A stretch of DNA of 64,000 nt from a virus. The DNA lies in the IMG/VR virus record IMGVR_UViG_3300045988_147330, positions 1 through 64,000 of that record; one strand, given 5' to 3'. How positions within the stretch are numbered: the first letter of the stretch is position 1; each line of letters opens with the position of its first letter. The notes beneath the pieces were generated by a model. The model saw nothing but the letters and a program-made list of their open reading frames with translations. It was not told where the DNA came from and searched no databases. A program made the position numbers and the translations under genes. This document shows positions 17,875 through 26,386 of this stretch, piece by piece.

Positions 17875-18582
17875 TTATAACACAATCTCCCAATCTCCGG
17901 CAAACACATCACTGATAGATGGAACCCATGAATCAGCACGCCCGGTGTTCTCGTTGTAGATAAGACACTGGTTTGTGTAGTCAATGAAGCCTTTGCCTTT
18001 CAGAATAACGTCTTTTGCTGATTGCGGAAGAGATTGCATCTTTGGAATAACATCACTTTCTATATGGGCTGGTACTTGCTTGAATACCATAATATTTTTA
18101 CCATTCCATCCCTTTCTACGTATTGCAAAACCAGCACATAAAAAAGAGATTGCACTTCCAAAATGCAGATATTCACAACGAACATTGTTTCCCTTCATCT
18201 TGGCATAACGAAGATTGAGAATATGCTGATACCCTTTCATAATTTCAACTTGAGCGTAAATCATCGCCTTGGAATCACCATCAAGCTCATCAAACTTATC
18301 ACTAAGGATAAAGTTTCCCAATTTATCAAGTCTGTCGGTAAGTTCTCTAACTTCAATAAGTATGCGGTCAGATGGTGTGTCAGCACACCTATATATTTCC
18401 TCAAATGATTCGGCAGGCAACCATCTTTCATATCCATCCTCATAACGAACATGATAACCCTTATCATCAAAATTTTCCGTTAACTGTTTTTCTCCAAGAA
18501 GACATTTTTCCCATGCTTTGCCTCTTGTCATAGGTTCAGCTTCAATTTGTTCTATTCCATCTAACTCAATATATTTTTTCAT
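17875..18582 (-). CDS. fusion protein with C-terminal DUF2829 (Tad2-family) domain
   Basis: FGSAISFLCAGFAIRRKGWNGKN...SWVPSISDVFAGDWEIV matches the DUF2829 signature FGxAlxxLkxGxxvxRkGWNGK...WxPSqxDllAeDWeiv. Met at 18582 preferred as the start. Confidence 0.7.
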   Translation of the reverse strand: MKKYIELDGIEQIEAEPMTRGKAWEKCLLGEKQLTENFDDKGYHVRYEDGYERWLPAESFEEIYRCADTPSDRILIEVRELTDRLDKLGNFILSDKFDELDGDSKAMIYAQVEIMKGYQHILNLRYAKMKGNNVRCEYLHFGSAISFLCAGFAIRRKGWNGKNIMVFKQVPAHIESDVIPKMQSLPQSAKDVILKGKGFIDYTNQCLIYNENTGRADSWVPSISDVFAGDWEIVL

Positions 18583-18626
18583 GTCAATACAAACAAAAAT
18601 CACACATTTCAGACAACATAATAACC

Positions 18627-18974
18627 TTAAAAGGGCAAATCACTACATCCTCCAGACTGGGCAGGTGCGGATGCTGGTGATGGCAATGGTGCTTGCGCCA
18701 GTTGCGGCATATCTATCTTAAAGCACCCAACTTCATTGTAATATTTACCCTGATACTCTCTAGCTCTTATTTCAAGATGGGCAGTAATAGTATCACCTTC
18801 TTTCAATTGAAGATCACACAGGTTGCCCATTACATAGAAATACACCTCTTTGGCATACATAGAACCAATTTCCTCAACGAGAAAATTTCTCTTTTGCCAA
18901 GGATTACCTGCCTTACTTGTACCAGTCTGTAACTGACTTACTTTCTTTACTTTACAATTTAATACTAAATCCAT
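18627..18974 (-). CDS. DUF3127-like OB-fold (ssDNA-binding-like) protein
   Basis: GTSKAGNPWQKRNFLVEE...HLEIRAREYQGKYYNEVGCFKI resembles DUF3127. Confidence 0.55.
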   Translation of the reverse strand: MDLVLNCKVKKVSQLQTGTSKAGNPWQKRNFLVEEIGSMYAKEVYFYVMGNLCDLQLKEGDTITAHLEIRAREYQGKYYNEVGCFKIDMPQLAQAPLPSPASAPAQSGGCSDLPF

Positions 18975-18980
18975 TTTTTT

Positions 18981-19181
18981 TTAAAATTTATATCGTTCTT
19001 CTTTAATTCTATCTAATTCTCGCATGGCAGACAAACGTCTTTTATGAGCATCCACTCTTATCCAGAAAACTTTCCAGCTAACTTCTTTTCCTATAGTAGA
19101 GTTTTCTTTTAGTATCTTGCCACATTTAAAAATCTCGTTGACAAGATAATCATACCGTTCTTTATCATAGACATATTTCAT
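18981..19181 (-). CDS. hypothetical protein
   Basis: ORF track, 66 aa. Confidence 0.4.
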   Translation of the reverse strand: MKYVYDKERYDYLVNEIFKCGKILKENSTIGKEVSWKVFWIRVDAHKRRLSAMRELDRIKEERYKF

Positions 19182-19240
19182 ACAACAAAAGTATTAATTA
19201 AAAATAAACTAACACAGAAAATAAAAATAAAAAAAGTTAA

Positions 19241-19840
19241 TCAAACGGTTAAATTTTCTTCATCTGTTTTGGATAATACTTCCACATCACCATCATCCCC
19301 TTTAGGATAATACAGTTCGTCAATATATTTACTGGCTTCTTTCTCATTTATAAATGTCTTTACTACCTTTCCACGTTTGGTAACGACACGATAATTAATA
19401 TCATTTCCTGCTACAACCCTGTAGTAATTGCAATCATCTACATCAACAATATCAGGAGCATTATCATCAACACACATCATACTTAATATGTGAGAATACT
19501 CATTTACCTTCATCGTACAGGAAAAAACATTAGGAACATTTTCCACTATCAGCCCTGCATCTATCAATGAATCAAATACAGACCGTTTAGGTTTGTATTT
19601 AAGTCTTTTCCTTATTGACTTTAATGTGATTATATTATCTCCTCTTTGCGCTGATATTATAGCCAAGCGTAATACACGCAAAGCATCAATATTACATAAC
19701 GGCAAAAGATACTTATATAACTGAATGGGAGAAAATTTATGAAAATGGTCAATCACGTCTTCATCCTCTATCTCCTTCGCACGCCTTTCCCGCTCTTTTT
19801 TTCTAGCCGTAAAATTAGTGGTTTTCCTTACTGCCATCAA
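19241..19840 (-). CDS. hypothetical protein (basic N-terminus, possible DNA binding)
   Basis: ORF track, 199 aa. Confidence 0.5.
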   Translation of the reverse strand: MMAVRKTTNFTARKKERERRAKEIEDEDVIDHFHKFSPIQLYKYLLPLCNIDALRVLRLAIISAQRGDNIITLKSIRKRLKYKPKRSVFDSLIDAGLIVENVPNVFSCTMKVNEYSHILSMMCVDDNAPDIVDVDDCNYYRVVAGNDINYRVVTKRGKVVKTFINEKEASKYIDELYYPKGDDGDVEVLSKTDEENLTV

Positions 19841-20530
19841 TTATCCCTTCCATGTATCATTTTCCTTTATCCATTTACGTTCATCATCGCTAAGATCGCC
19901 CGTTGACTCCCTATGATATACACATTTCTTGCATAATCCTGCTTTAGCACGAACACACAAGTCACAGTCATAAGGAAAGAATGCTATAGTAGTCTTATCA
20001 TAAAAATCATCACCAGCATCATCATCATCAGACAACCAACCCTTAAACTTGGCCAACATGTCCAAAGCACCTTTTACATCCTTAAAATCAGCAGTGTCAA
20101 TATCAGAACGTTTAAGGAAACTTTCTATAAGTTTTATAGCATCTTCAAATTCAAGATTGTCCTTGTTTATCAATTCCTTTGTCTTTTCCCTCTTCTCTTC
20201 TTCCAAAACACGCCTCATGGCAGGTGTAACATACTCGGAAGCAAGCATGGAAGATTTGGCATAATTGACAATCTGGGCTATCCTGGGAGAATTAACCCAT
20301 TGCCTTGCTTTCATCAACAAAGTACGCTCGGACATGTCTTTATCAACTTCATGGGTTGCCTTATAAAACAATACAGGATTGGTATCTATAACATAAGCCG
20401 AAGCAGCCCATAACTCCATCTCGTCTGCATCATCAATATTCTTGGCTATCTCAATCTTCTTCTGCTTTTCATCGTCAATAAGAAGATTGTTACTAAGGGG
20501 AAGTTTACCCCATCCTTTCTTATTACGCAT
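19841..20530 (-). CDS. hypothetical protein with C-terminal Cys cluster
   Basis: ORF track, 229 aa. CDLCVRAKAGLCKKC. Confidence 0.5.
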   Translation of the reverse strand: MRNKKGWGKLPLSNNLLIDDEKQKKIEIAKNIDDADEMELWAASAYVIDTNPVLFYKATHEVDKDMSERTLLMKARQWVNSPRIAQIVNYAKSSMLASEYVTPAMRRVLEEEKREKTKELINKDNLEFEDAIKLIESFLKRSDIDTADFKDVKGALDMLAKFKGWLSDDDDAGDDFYDKTTIAFFPYDCDLCVRAKAGLCKKCVYHRESTGDLSDDERKWIKENDTWKG

Positions 20531-20805
20531 TATCTCTCCTCCTTCATTTTGCCTTTTACATACTTAACCTTCTCGTCAAGTTCAGAAGTATATTTCAAAA
20601 GGTTATATATAGTGCTCCTGTCAATACATAAGAAATCAGAAATCTCAGACATGCTTAATCCCATGTCACGCATGACACAACACACAAGCGCACGGTTCAT
20701 CACGATATCATGCTTCCTGCTTTTCCTGTTTACATCAATATCGGAGAGTCCGCTTGCCGACAAGACCCTCCTAAAAAGCAACGCATTATCAGCCTTTTTC
20801 CCCAT
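20530..20805 (-). CDS. small HTH protein (DnaA domain IV-like)
   Basis: RALVCCVMRDMGLSMSEISDFLCIDRSTIYNLL resembles a helix-turn-helix. Confidence 0.4.
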   Translation of the reverse strand: MGKKADNALLFRRVLSASGLSDIDVNRKSRKHDIVMNRALVCCVMRDMGLSMSEISDFLCIDRSTIYNLLKYTSELDEKVKYVKGKMKEER

Positions 20806-21280
20806 TTTCCTTGTCTACAATTAATTGCATAATATCAGCATAACCAGCCAAGTCAACCATATTGTCACGCTTTCTATGGAATCCCTGTCTACATAATTTT
20901 AAAGCTATCTGAACAGCCACACAGTCATAAGGAGATAATTCCTTTCCCGTAATCAAAGAAGCCATCTTGGAAATGTTTTCAAAATTGACTACAGCATCAC
21001 CATAATCAGACTTCCTGCTGTTACTACGTATATCCTTTGCTTCATCAAGGATACTTCTCTCTTTAACATAATCAACATAAGCAATACAATCCGAGAAAAG
21101 AATATACTCTTTACCCTGGTCGTCCGCACAAAGAAACTTTTCACCATTCTCAAAACAATATTTAACAGTGACAAATTTACCGAACACATTTGACTTGCTT
21201 ACAGAATCTTCACCGTGAAGTGAAATGTATTTATCACAGCTTATAATTTTCACCCTGCTGTTCAACATAACTCCAATCAT
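20789..21280 (-). CDS. hypothetical protein (DUF6378-like C-terminal region)
   Basis: SDYGDAVVNFENISKMASLITGKELSPYDCVAVQIALKLCRQ...DNMVDLAGYA pattern is common in phage replication modules. Confidence 0.45.
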   Translation of the reverse strand: MIGVMLNSRVKIISCDKYISLHGEDSVSKSNVFGKFVTVKYCFENGEKFLCADDQGKEYILFSDCIAYVDYVKERSILDEAKDIRSNSRKSDYGDAVVNFENISKMASLITGKELSPYDCVAVQIALKLCRQGFHRKRDNMVDLAGYADIMQLIVDKENGEKG

Positions 21281-21444
21281 AACAAATCACCAATTTTTAT
21301 GTTTTCCATATCCTCCTTGTCAGAGAAGAATATACGATCGTACTTTGTTTCACCAAACTCAACAAACATAGCAAGAACAAAATACTTGTTCAATACACTA
21401 TCGTACCCCTTATCGTAAATCTTGTTTATCTTCTTCGTCTTCAT
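21277..21444 (-). CDS. small hypothetical protein (55 aa, below the ORF-track cutoff)
   Basis: Translated by hand (MKTKKINKIYDKGYDS...). Fills the gap between dut and the next gene. Its stop overlaps the downstream ATG (ATGA). Confidence 0.4.
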   Translation of the reverse strand: MKTKKINKIYDKGYDSVLNKYFVLAMFVEFGETKYDRIFFSDKEDMENIKIGDLL

Positions 21445-21448
21445 TTAC

Positions 21449-21898
21449 CTAACCATTTGTATGACCAAAACCTCCTTCTCCTCTATCCGTTGGAGCAAGG
21501 CTATCAACCTCAACAAACTCAACATCAATATAATTACTGAAAAGAAGCTGTGCTACTCTTTCTTTAGCAGCAATATAGAACGGATCTTTCTCAAAACTTT
21601 TCACAATAACACCTATACCACCAGTGTAATCACAATCAATGACACCATCCAGAACATCAGCATCATGATATTTACCATCAACACCCAAAATTCCTTTCAA
21701 GGAAAATCCACTTCTAGCTTTAATAATGGATTTAATGCCATTTGGCATCTGAATAGCTATACCCAATTTAATAAGATTACGACCTTTTCTTATCAAAGTG
21801 TTGTCAGGAATATACAAATCGTATCCGGCAGCACCAACAGTTTTTTTTTCGGGCAAAACAGCATCCCGTCTTAATTTTACAAATTTTACTTGATTCAT
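21449..21898 (-). CDS. dut: dUTP diphosphatase
   Basis: AAGYDLY, ARSGFSLKG, IDCDYTGGIGVIV and RGEGGFGHTNG motifs. Confidence 0.9.
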   Translation of the reverse strand: MNQVKFVKLRRDAVLPEKKTVGAAGYDLYIPDNTLIRKGRNLIKLGIAIQMPNGIKSIIKARSGFSLKGILGVDGKYHDADVLDGVIDCDYTGGIGVIVKSFEKDPFYIAAKERVAQLLFSNYIDVEFVEVDSLAPTDRGEGGFGHTNG

Positions 21899-23139
21899 AA
21901 ATTTACTTGTATTCTCTTTTCAGTTAATATACTTTTCCTTGTAGATATCAATCGCAAATGCTTGCAATTAATAGAACCTTTATTCACTTTTGTTCCATCC
22001 AACCTCCTAATATCAAAGGAGCCATTACTTCTTCTTCCAAATATGTAATACAACTCTTTTTTGTATTCAACTAGGTCAAACAACCTAAAACCTTTCACTA
22101 AGAATGGTGCTTGATTGAGTTTCTTTCTGCCACCTTTCAAGAAATTAGCTTTGTGTATTTGTCTGTTTTGACAACGCACCTTCTTTTGATAGAAATAATA
22201 TCCAAGAGGTTTAGCCACAGGATTACCACTGATACACCTTGCATCCACATAATGATCTTTAGGGAGATTATTAGTGATACGGGTATTCTTCGTGATATAA
22301 CCAAAAGTCATACTTACATTAGGATAGATATTCTTTAGCCTATCATAGAAACTCCATCGCATAATTCCCATAAAGGCGGAATCTCTAAATGACTTCCCAC
22401 GCTTTACATTTAATTCAAGCTCACCTCTATGATATGCCTTATGGCAAGTTTCGCAAAGGGTAATCAAGTTGTTTGGGCTATCACCTCCAGTCTTTCTGCT
22501 CTCTATGTGATGCACATTCAAGACTTTATCTTTACTCTTACCCTTACAATGTTGGCAAGTATGATTATCTCTAAATAGCACATACTCACGCACATTGAAG
22601 AAATCAAGTTGTTCTCCTTGCTGGTATTCACTGCCGGATATACTTGGATTATTAATCTTCTGTATATCAAAAGAAGCCGTTTCAACTACGATATTAGTTA
22701 TCGGTAGGAACTTATGTATTTTCTCTACAACAGTCAAATGAGTTTGAATTTTGTTTTCAACAGATGGTACTAGCCAACCTTTACGCTTGGAAGATACCCT
22801 ATTATTGAAACGAGCCTTGCGATAACGAAGCCTACTCCTACGGGTTCTTCTTAATTCCCTACGAGTAGATAGCTTATCCACAATATCGTTTCTCAATTCC
22901 ACATCTGCTGCATACAATTCTTTTTCACTTGTTGTTGCCGATATACCGATATGCTTGCTACCAGCATCTACACCCAAACTTACGGGCTGTGTATAATCTG
23001 TTGTGTCATAATCCAATTGAATTGTGAACGGAATACGGCACACAACATGGGCTAGACTGTTTTTTAACAGCCTTCTCACCTTACCAAACCTTTCAGTTGG
23101 CATAAGTGCTTGTCCTTGTTTGTTAATTACGTAAACCAT
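21895..23139 (-). CDS. iscB: IscB RNA-guided nuclease (RRXRR/HNH/split RuvC), copy A
   Basis: 414 aa. PLMP-like QALMPTERF; RuvC-I LGVDAGSKHIG; Arg-rich bridge helix RRELRRTRRSRLRYRKARF; RuvC-II IVVETASFD; HNH CQHC..NVHHIESR..NNLITLCETCH; RuvC-III KDHYVDARC; C-terminal TID-like region. Confidence 0.85.
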   Translation of the reverse strand: MVYVINKQGQALMPTERFGKVRRLLKNSLAHVVCRIPFTIQLDYDTTDYTQPVSLGVDAGSKHIGISATTSEKELYAADVELRNDIVDKLSTRRELRRTRRSRLRYRKARFNNRVSSKRKGWLVPSVENKIQTHLTVVEKIHKFLPITNIVVETASFDIQKINNPSISGSEYQQGEQLDFFNVREYVLFRDNHTCQHCKGKSKDKVLNVHHIESRKTGGDSPNNLITLCETCHKAYHRGELELNVKRGKSFRDSAFMGIMRWSFYDRLKNIYPNVSMTFGYITKNTRITNNLPKDHYVDARCISGNPVAKPLGYYFYQKKVRCQNRQIHKANFLKGGRKKLNQAPFLVKGFRLFDLVEYKKELYYIFGRRSNGSFDIRRLDGTKVNKGSINCKHLRLISTRKSILTEKRIQVNL

Positions 23140-23356
23140 TAGTTTTTAATTTACTATAAGTCGGATTTCTCCGTTAAATGCTCATCGACAATGTTATGGA
23201 AAGGTTTTATATGCCAGCAACACTATTCCTACCCCACAGAATTGTTTAATCACTGACCTTAGAGCAAGGAGCTTGAGCAAACACCCCTTGGTAACTATAT
23301 ATTCTCTCCTAACGTAGCACCCGAAGTGCTTAGTCTTATCAACCTAGGATTTTACT
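23140..23356 (-). ncRNA. omega-RNA candidate of IscB copy A (scaffold 23140-23335, guide-position segment 23336-23356)
   Basis: 217-nt non-coding leader directly 5' of iscB. Conserved with the leader of copy B, including hairpins GCAC-TTYGG-GTGC and CAAGGGG...CYCCTTG. Confidence 0.6.
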
Positions 23357-23584
23357 TTAGTATGTGGGTAGTTGACTGCGTTCCTCCGTGTTTAATCTGA
23401 ATGCAGCCTCCCTAGCCTGATCCTTCGTCCTATACAACTCTATTTTTTCAAACATACGACCATCATCACAGTCATACGTACACAAGGTGACAGCCCACAT
23501 ATTACCACGGGGAGAATAAAAGTATTTCCCGTAATCAGGTCCCATAACCTTTCCGTCAATCTTGATTTCACCTCTTCTGTTCAT
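23357..23584 (-). CDS. hypothetical protein
   Basis: ORF track, 75 aa. Its 3' end shares AGTCAACTAC with the gene upstream of IscB copy B. Confidence 0.5.
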   Translation of the reverse strand: MNRRGEIKIDGKVMGPDYGKYFYSPRGNMWAVTLCTYDCDDGRMFEKIELYRTKDQAREAAFRLNTEERSQLPTY

Positions 23585-24143
23585 GCTCTTTTTTCACTCC
23601 GAATTTTTTCCTGAAATCATCAACAGAACATGCTATGCGATTACCAAGACGGTCTACATACAAAACAGCACATGTGTCCACCCCGTAACGTAAACTCAAC
23701 ATGCTAATAATACTGTCAACGACACATTCATCACCAGTTTTCAAATCAAAATATTTGTTTCCTATGATAATAAGTTCATGATCAGCTAATGGAACAACAC
23801 GTTCTATCTTGCTCTCACGATACTTTTTCAACTTTTCAAAGAACTCACGGTACATGACACGTTCATTATTGTCCATGACATGATAAAAATCACAGCAAAT
23901 ATCACGAACATCATTCTTTTTATCAATTTCCTCAAGGTTGTCAATCGCATTCTGCAATGCATCAAATAGATTTACATCATGATCATCCGACACTTCTTCC
24001 ATCATTCTGTCAATGGAAGCAATAGCCGCGTTCTTGAAATCAATATCGTCACAACGAAATCCCAAAGAAATATAATTACGCAAGGAAAGAAGATTTTCCT
24101 TAAATTTTGAGTAATCAAAGTCAATTTCTAATTTAATATCCAT
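23568..24143 (-). CDS. hypothetical protein
   Basis: ORF track, 191 aa. Confidence 0.5.
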   Translation of the reverse strand: MDIKLEIDFDYSKFKENLLSLRNYISLGFRCDDIDFKNAAIASIDRMMEEVSDDHDVNLFDALQNAIDNLEEIDKKNDVRDICCDFYHVMDNNERVMYREFFEKLKKYRESKIERVVPLADHELIIIGNKYFDLKTGDECVVDSIISMLSLRYGVDTCAVLYVDRLGNRIACSVDDFRKKFGVKKEHEQKR

Positions 24144-25105
24144 TCTCTGAATTTTTCAATGTTAATACTATTTAAATTTTTAATAACAGCATCTCCGATA
24201 TCATCATTATGCTTCAATCCGTAAGACAGGAAAGGACAATCCCACCATCTTGAAACACGTCCTTTGTCACCCCACAAAGATATAGCTTTATCATCAAAGT
24301 CTGGAAACAAAATAACATTTTTTGGCAATTTATTTCCAAGCTGGTTCATACCTCCACAAGCTGTCCATATAAAACCGTTCCCGAAAGCCATAGAGGCTAT
24401 CAGGGCGGTCTTCTCCGATTCAACCATACAAGTTATAGCGTTGTTACAATAATCCCCAGAAAAAGGCTTAAAAAAACCCTTGTAAGTAAACCCGTCACCT
24501 GTCGTAAACTTCCTGAACGCATGGGTTTCCTTTTTCCTGTGACCATTCTCCCCATATCTTATCCTATTATCATGGCATACATTACCATCCTTATCAAAAT
24601 ACCAGAATACAGCCGATTCCCTTCCCAAACATCCGACCTTATAACGAGTGAACACATCATTCACCGAATAATATCCAAACACATTAGAAAGATACTCATA
24701 CAGGTTATTACCACTCCAATGGTCAACATCACTAATCCTATCAACATATTTTATATCAACGAACTTGGATTCTTTTTTAGCAGAGTCGTATTCCTTCTCA
24801 TAAAAATCCTTTAGACTAATCCTGCAACCATTAGGACTTGACAAAATCCTAAAAGCATCGGAAGCATTACTGCAACTAGGAAGATAAGATATAAGAAAGT
24901 CAAACAAGTTGACAGAATCACCACCCTGTTCTGTAACGGTGATACTGCCAGATTTGTTCATATAGAAAACGAGCTTATCCTTCCTGCTATGACTCTCCAG
25001 ATTTATACGGGCAGGTAAAGTCCATCTCTTTCCCCTACGCCTTAGAGGAAGACCAAGCACAATGTCAAGATTGGAAAATATATACTCATAATCAATAGAA
25101 GCCAT
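24128..25105 (-). CDS. Toprim-like domain protein (putative primase component)
   Basis: CMVESEKTALIAS ... ILFPDFDDKA resembles the Toprim E...DxD signature. Adjacent to the SF3 helicase. Confidence 0.4.
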   Translation of the reverse strand: MASIDYEYIFSNLDIVLGLPLRRRGKRWTLPARINLESHSRKDKLVFYMNKSGSITVTEQGGDSVNLFDFLISYLPSCSNASDAFRILSSPNGCRISLKDFYEKEYDSAKKESKFVDIKYVDRISDVDHWSGNNLYEYLSNVFGYYSVNDVFTRYKVGCLGRESAVFWYFDKDGNVCHDNRIRYGENGHRKKETHAFRKFTTGDGFTYKGFFKPFSGDYCNNAITCMVESEKTALIASMAFGNGFIWTACGGMNQLGNKLPKNVILFPDFDDKAISLWGDKGRVSRWWDCPFLSYGLKHNDDIGDAVIKNLNSINIEKFREWILN

Positions 25106-25106
25106 G

Positions 25107-25340
25107 CTACTTAAAATTATACCATCCCTGTTTCAAATCCATAAAGAAATCACTCCACGTATAACGGTAATTATCAGGATACCCCAATGAACTTGATAAG
25201 CATGAAACATACCCGTAAGGTCTTTTACCGTCACTCCATCTGTACATCATCTCAGTAGGGACCATAAATACAAGAAGAACAAAAACTATGTCAATATATA
25301 TAAGAAACATAACGAAACGAATAAAATACCTCATAATCAT
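25107..25340 (-). CDS. small membrane protein
   Basis: Hydrophobic N-terminal helix. Confidence 0.4.
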   Translation of the reverse strand: MIMRYFIRFVMFLIYIDIVFVLLVFMVPTEMMYRWSDGKRPYGYVSCLSSSLGYPDNYRYTWSDFFMDLKQGWYNFK

Positions 25341-25954
25341 TTATCCTCCCCTAAAAGCAATCTAATGGAAAAACGCAATGCAATCTCCCAATTATAATAA
25401 AACGTTCCAAGAAGATCGAAAAACAGACTGTAAACAGCATCCTTGTCACCATCGGGAACGGAATCCATAACGGATTCCATAGTACGTACATCATCACTAA
25501 ACCTTGCATTCTTTGTAGTATATCTCCACAAACCGCCTATGGCAAGAATACGGGCATGTTCATACACATGACCGTCAATAGCGTAGTTGTCACAAAGATA
25601 ATCATTAAACCACTCCTCTCCAAAAATAGCATTACTACTAACAGGGCTGGAAGATAAAACCATATTCACAAATACACTAGGGTGACAATACTGCTCAATC
25701 TTACTTGATTCATTGTCAAATTCAACCTTGAACGCATCCTTCCCACTTTCCTTAATGCTTGATATCATGTCATTGACGTAGATGGTCTTCAACCATTGAC
25801 TGAAATTATATCGGTTCAATCCTGAACCCATACGAGCACTGTTTATCGTAGACTGAACATCAGATACACAAACATACCAGTCACTAGAAACACGAATACG
25901 ATTATCAAACAAAACAATTTCTTTATTATCCATAAAACTAAAATTTTTCAGCAA
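25337..25954 (-). CDS. hypothetical protein
   Basis: ORF track, 205 aa. Confidence 0.5.
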   Translation of the reverse strand: MLKNFSFMDNKEIVLFDNRIRVSSDWYVCVSDVQSTINSARMGSGLNRYNFSQWLKTIYVNDMISSIKESGKDAFKVEFDNESSKIEQYCHPSVFVNMVLSSSPVSSNAIFGEEWFNDYLCDNYAIDGHVYEHARILAIGGLWRYTTKNARFSDDVRTMESVMDSVPDGDKDAVYSLFFDLLGTFYYNWEIALRFSIRLLLGEDK

Positions 25955-26002
25955 AAATACATATTAAAATAATATGGCAAAAATAATAACGGTTAAATAA
26001 AG

Positions 26003-26377
26003 TTACGGCTCATTCTTTCCGACCAATGTTTCACCGTCAATGGTTATTCTTGTATCACCTCCTTTTTTGAGTATAAATACTTGTTGAACCCATTTGTTTA
26101 CCAAATCACCTATATATACCTTCACTTTTGATGCGCCCGGCTCAGCCGTAAATGTATGCGAATCACCTGATTTGAATTTTGCAGACCTATTACCTATCTT
26201 CTCCCCATTGTCATTACACTCGAATAAATGAATGGTAGTGGAAAGACTGGTGTTCACATCAAAAACAACCGTATAAGTCGTATCAACATCATCCCCGCTA
26301 TCCGAACATGCGGAGAACATTAAAGACATCGCTGTAAATAACAGCATCATACTTAATAACTTTTTCATAAACTTCAA
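26003..26377 (-). CDS. lipoprotein
   Basis: Signal peptide with lipobox (LMFSAC). 124 aa, embedded in the replication operon. Confidence 0.6.
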   Translation of the reverse strand: MKFMKKLLSMMLLFTAMSLMFSACSDSGDDVDTTYTVVFDVNTSLSTTIHLFECNDNGEKIGNRSAKFKSGDSHTFTAEPGASKVKVYIGDLVNKWVQQVFILKKGGDTRITIDGETLVGKNEP

Positions 26378-26386
26378 TTTTTAAAT

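Noticed and set aside
21422-21874. 150-aa plus-strand ORF.
   Set aside because: It is entirely antisense to the motif-confirmed dUTPase. Its composition is low-complexity.
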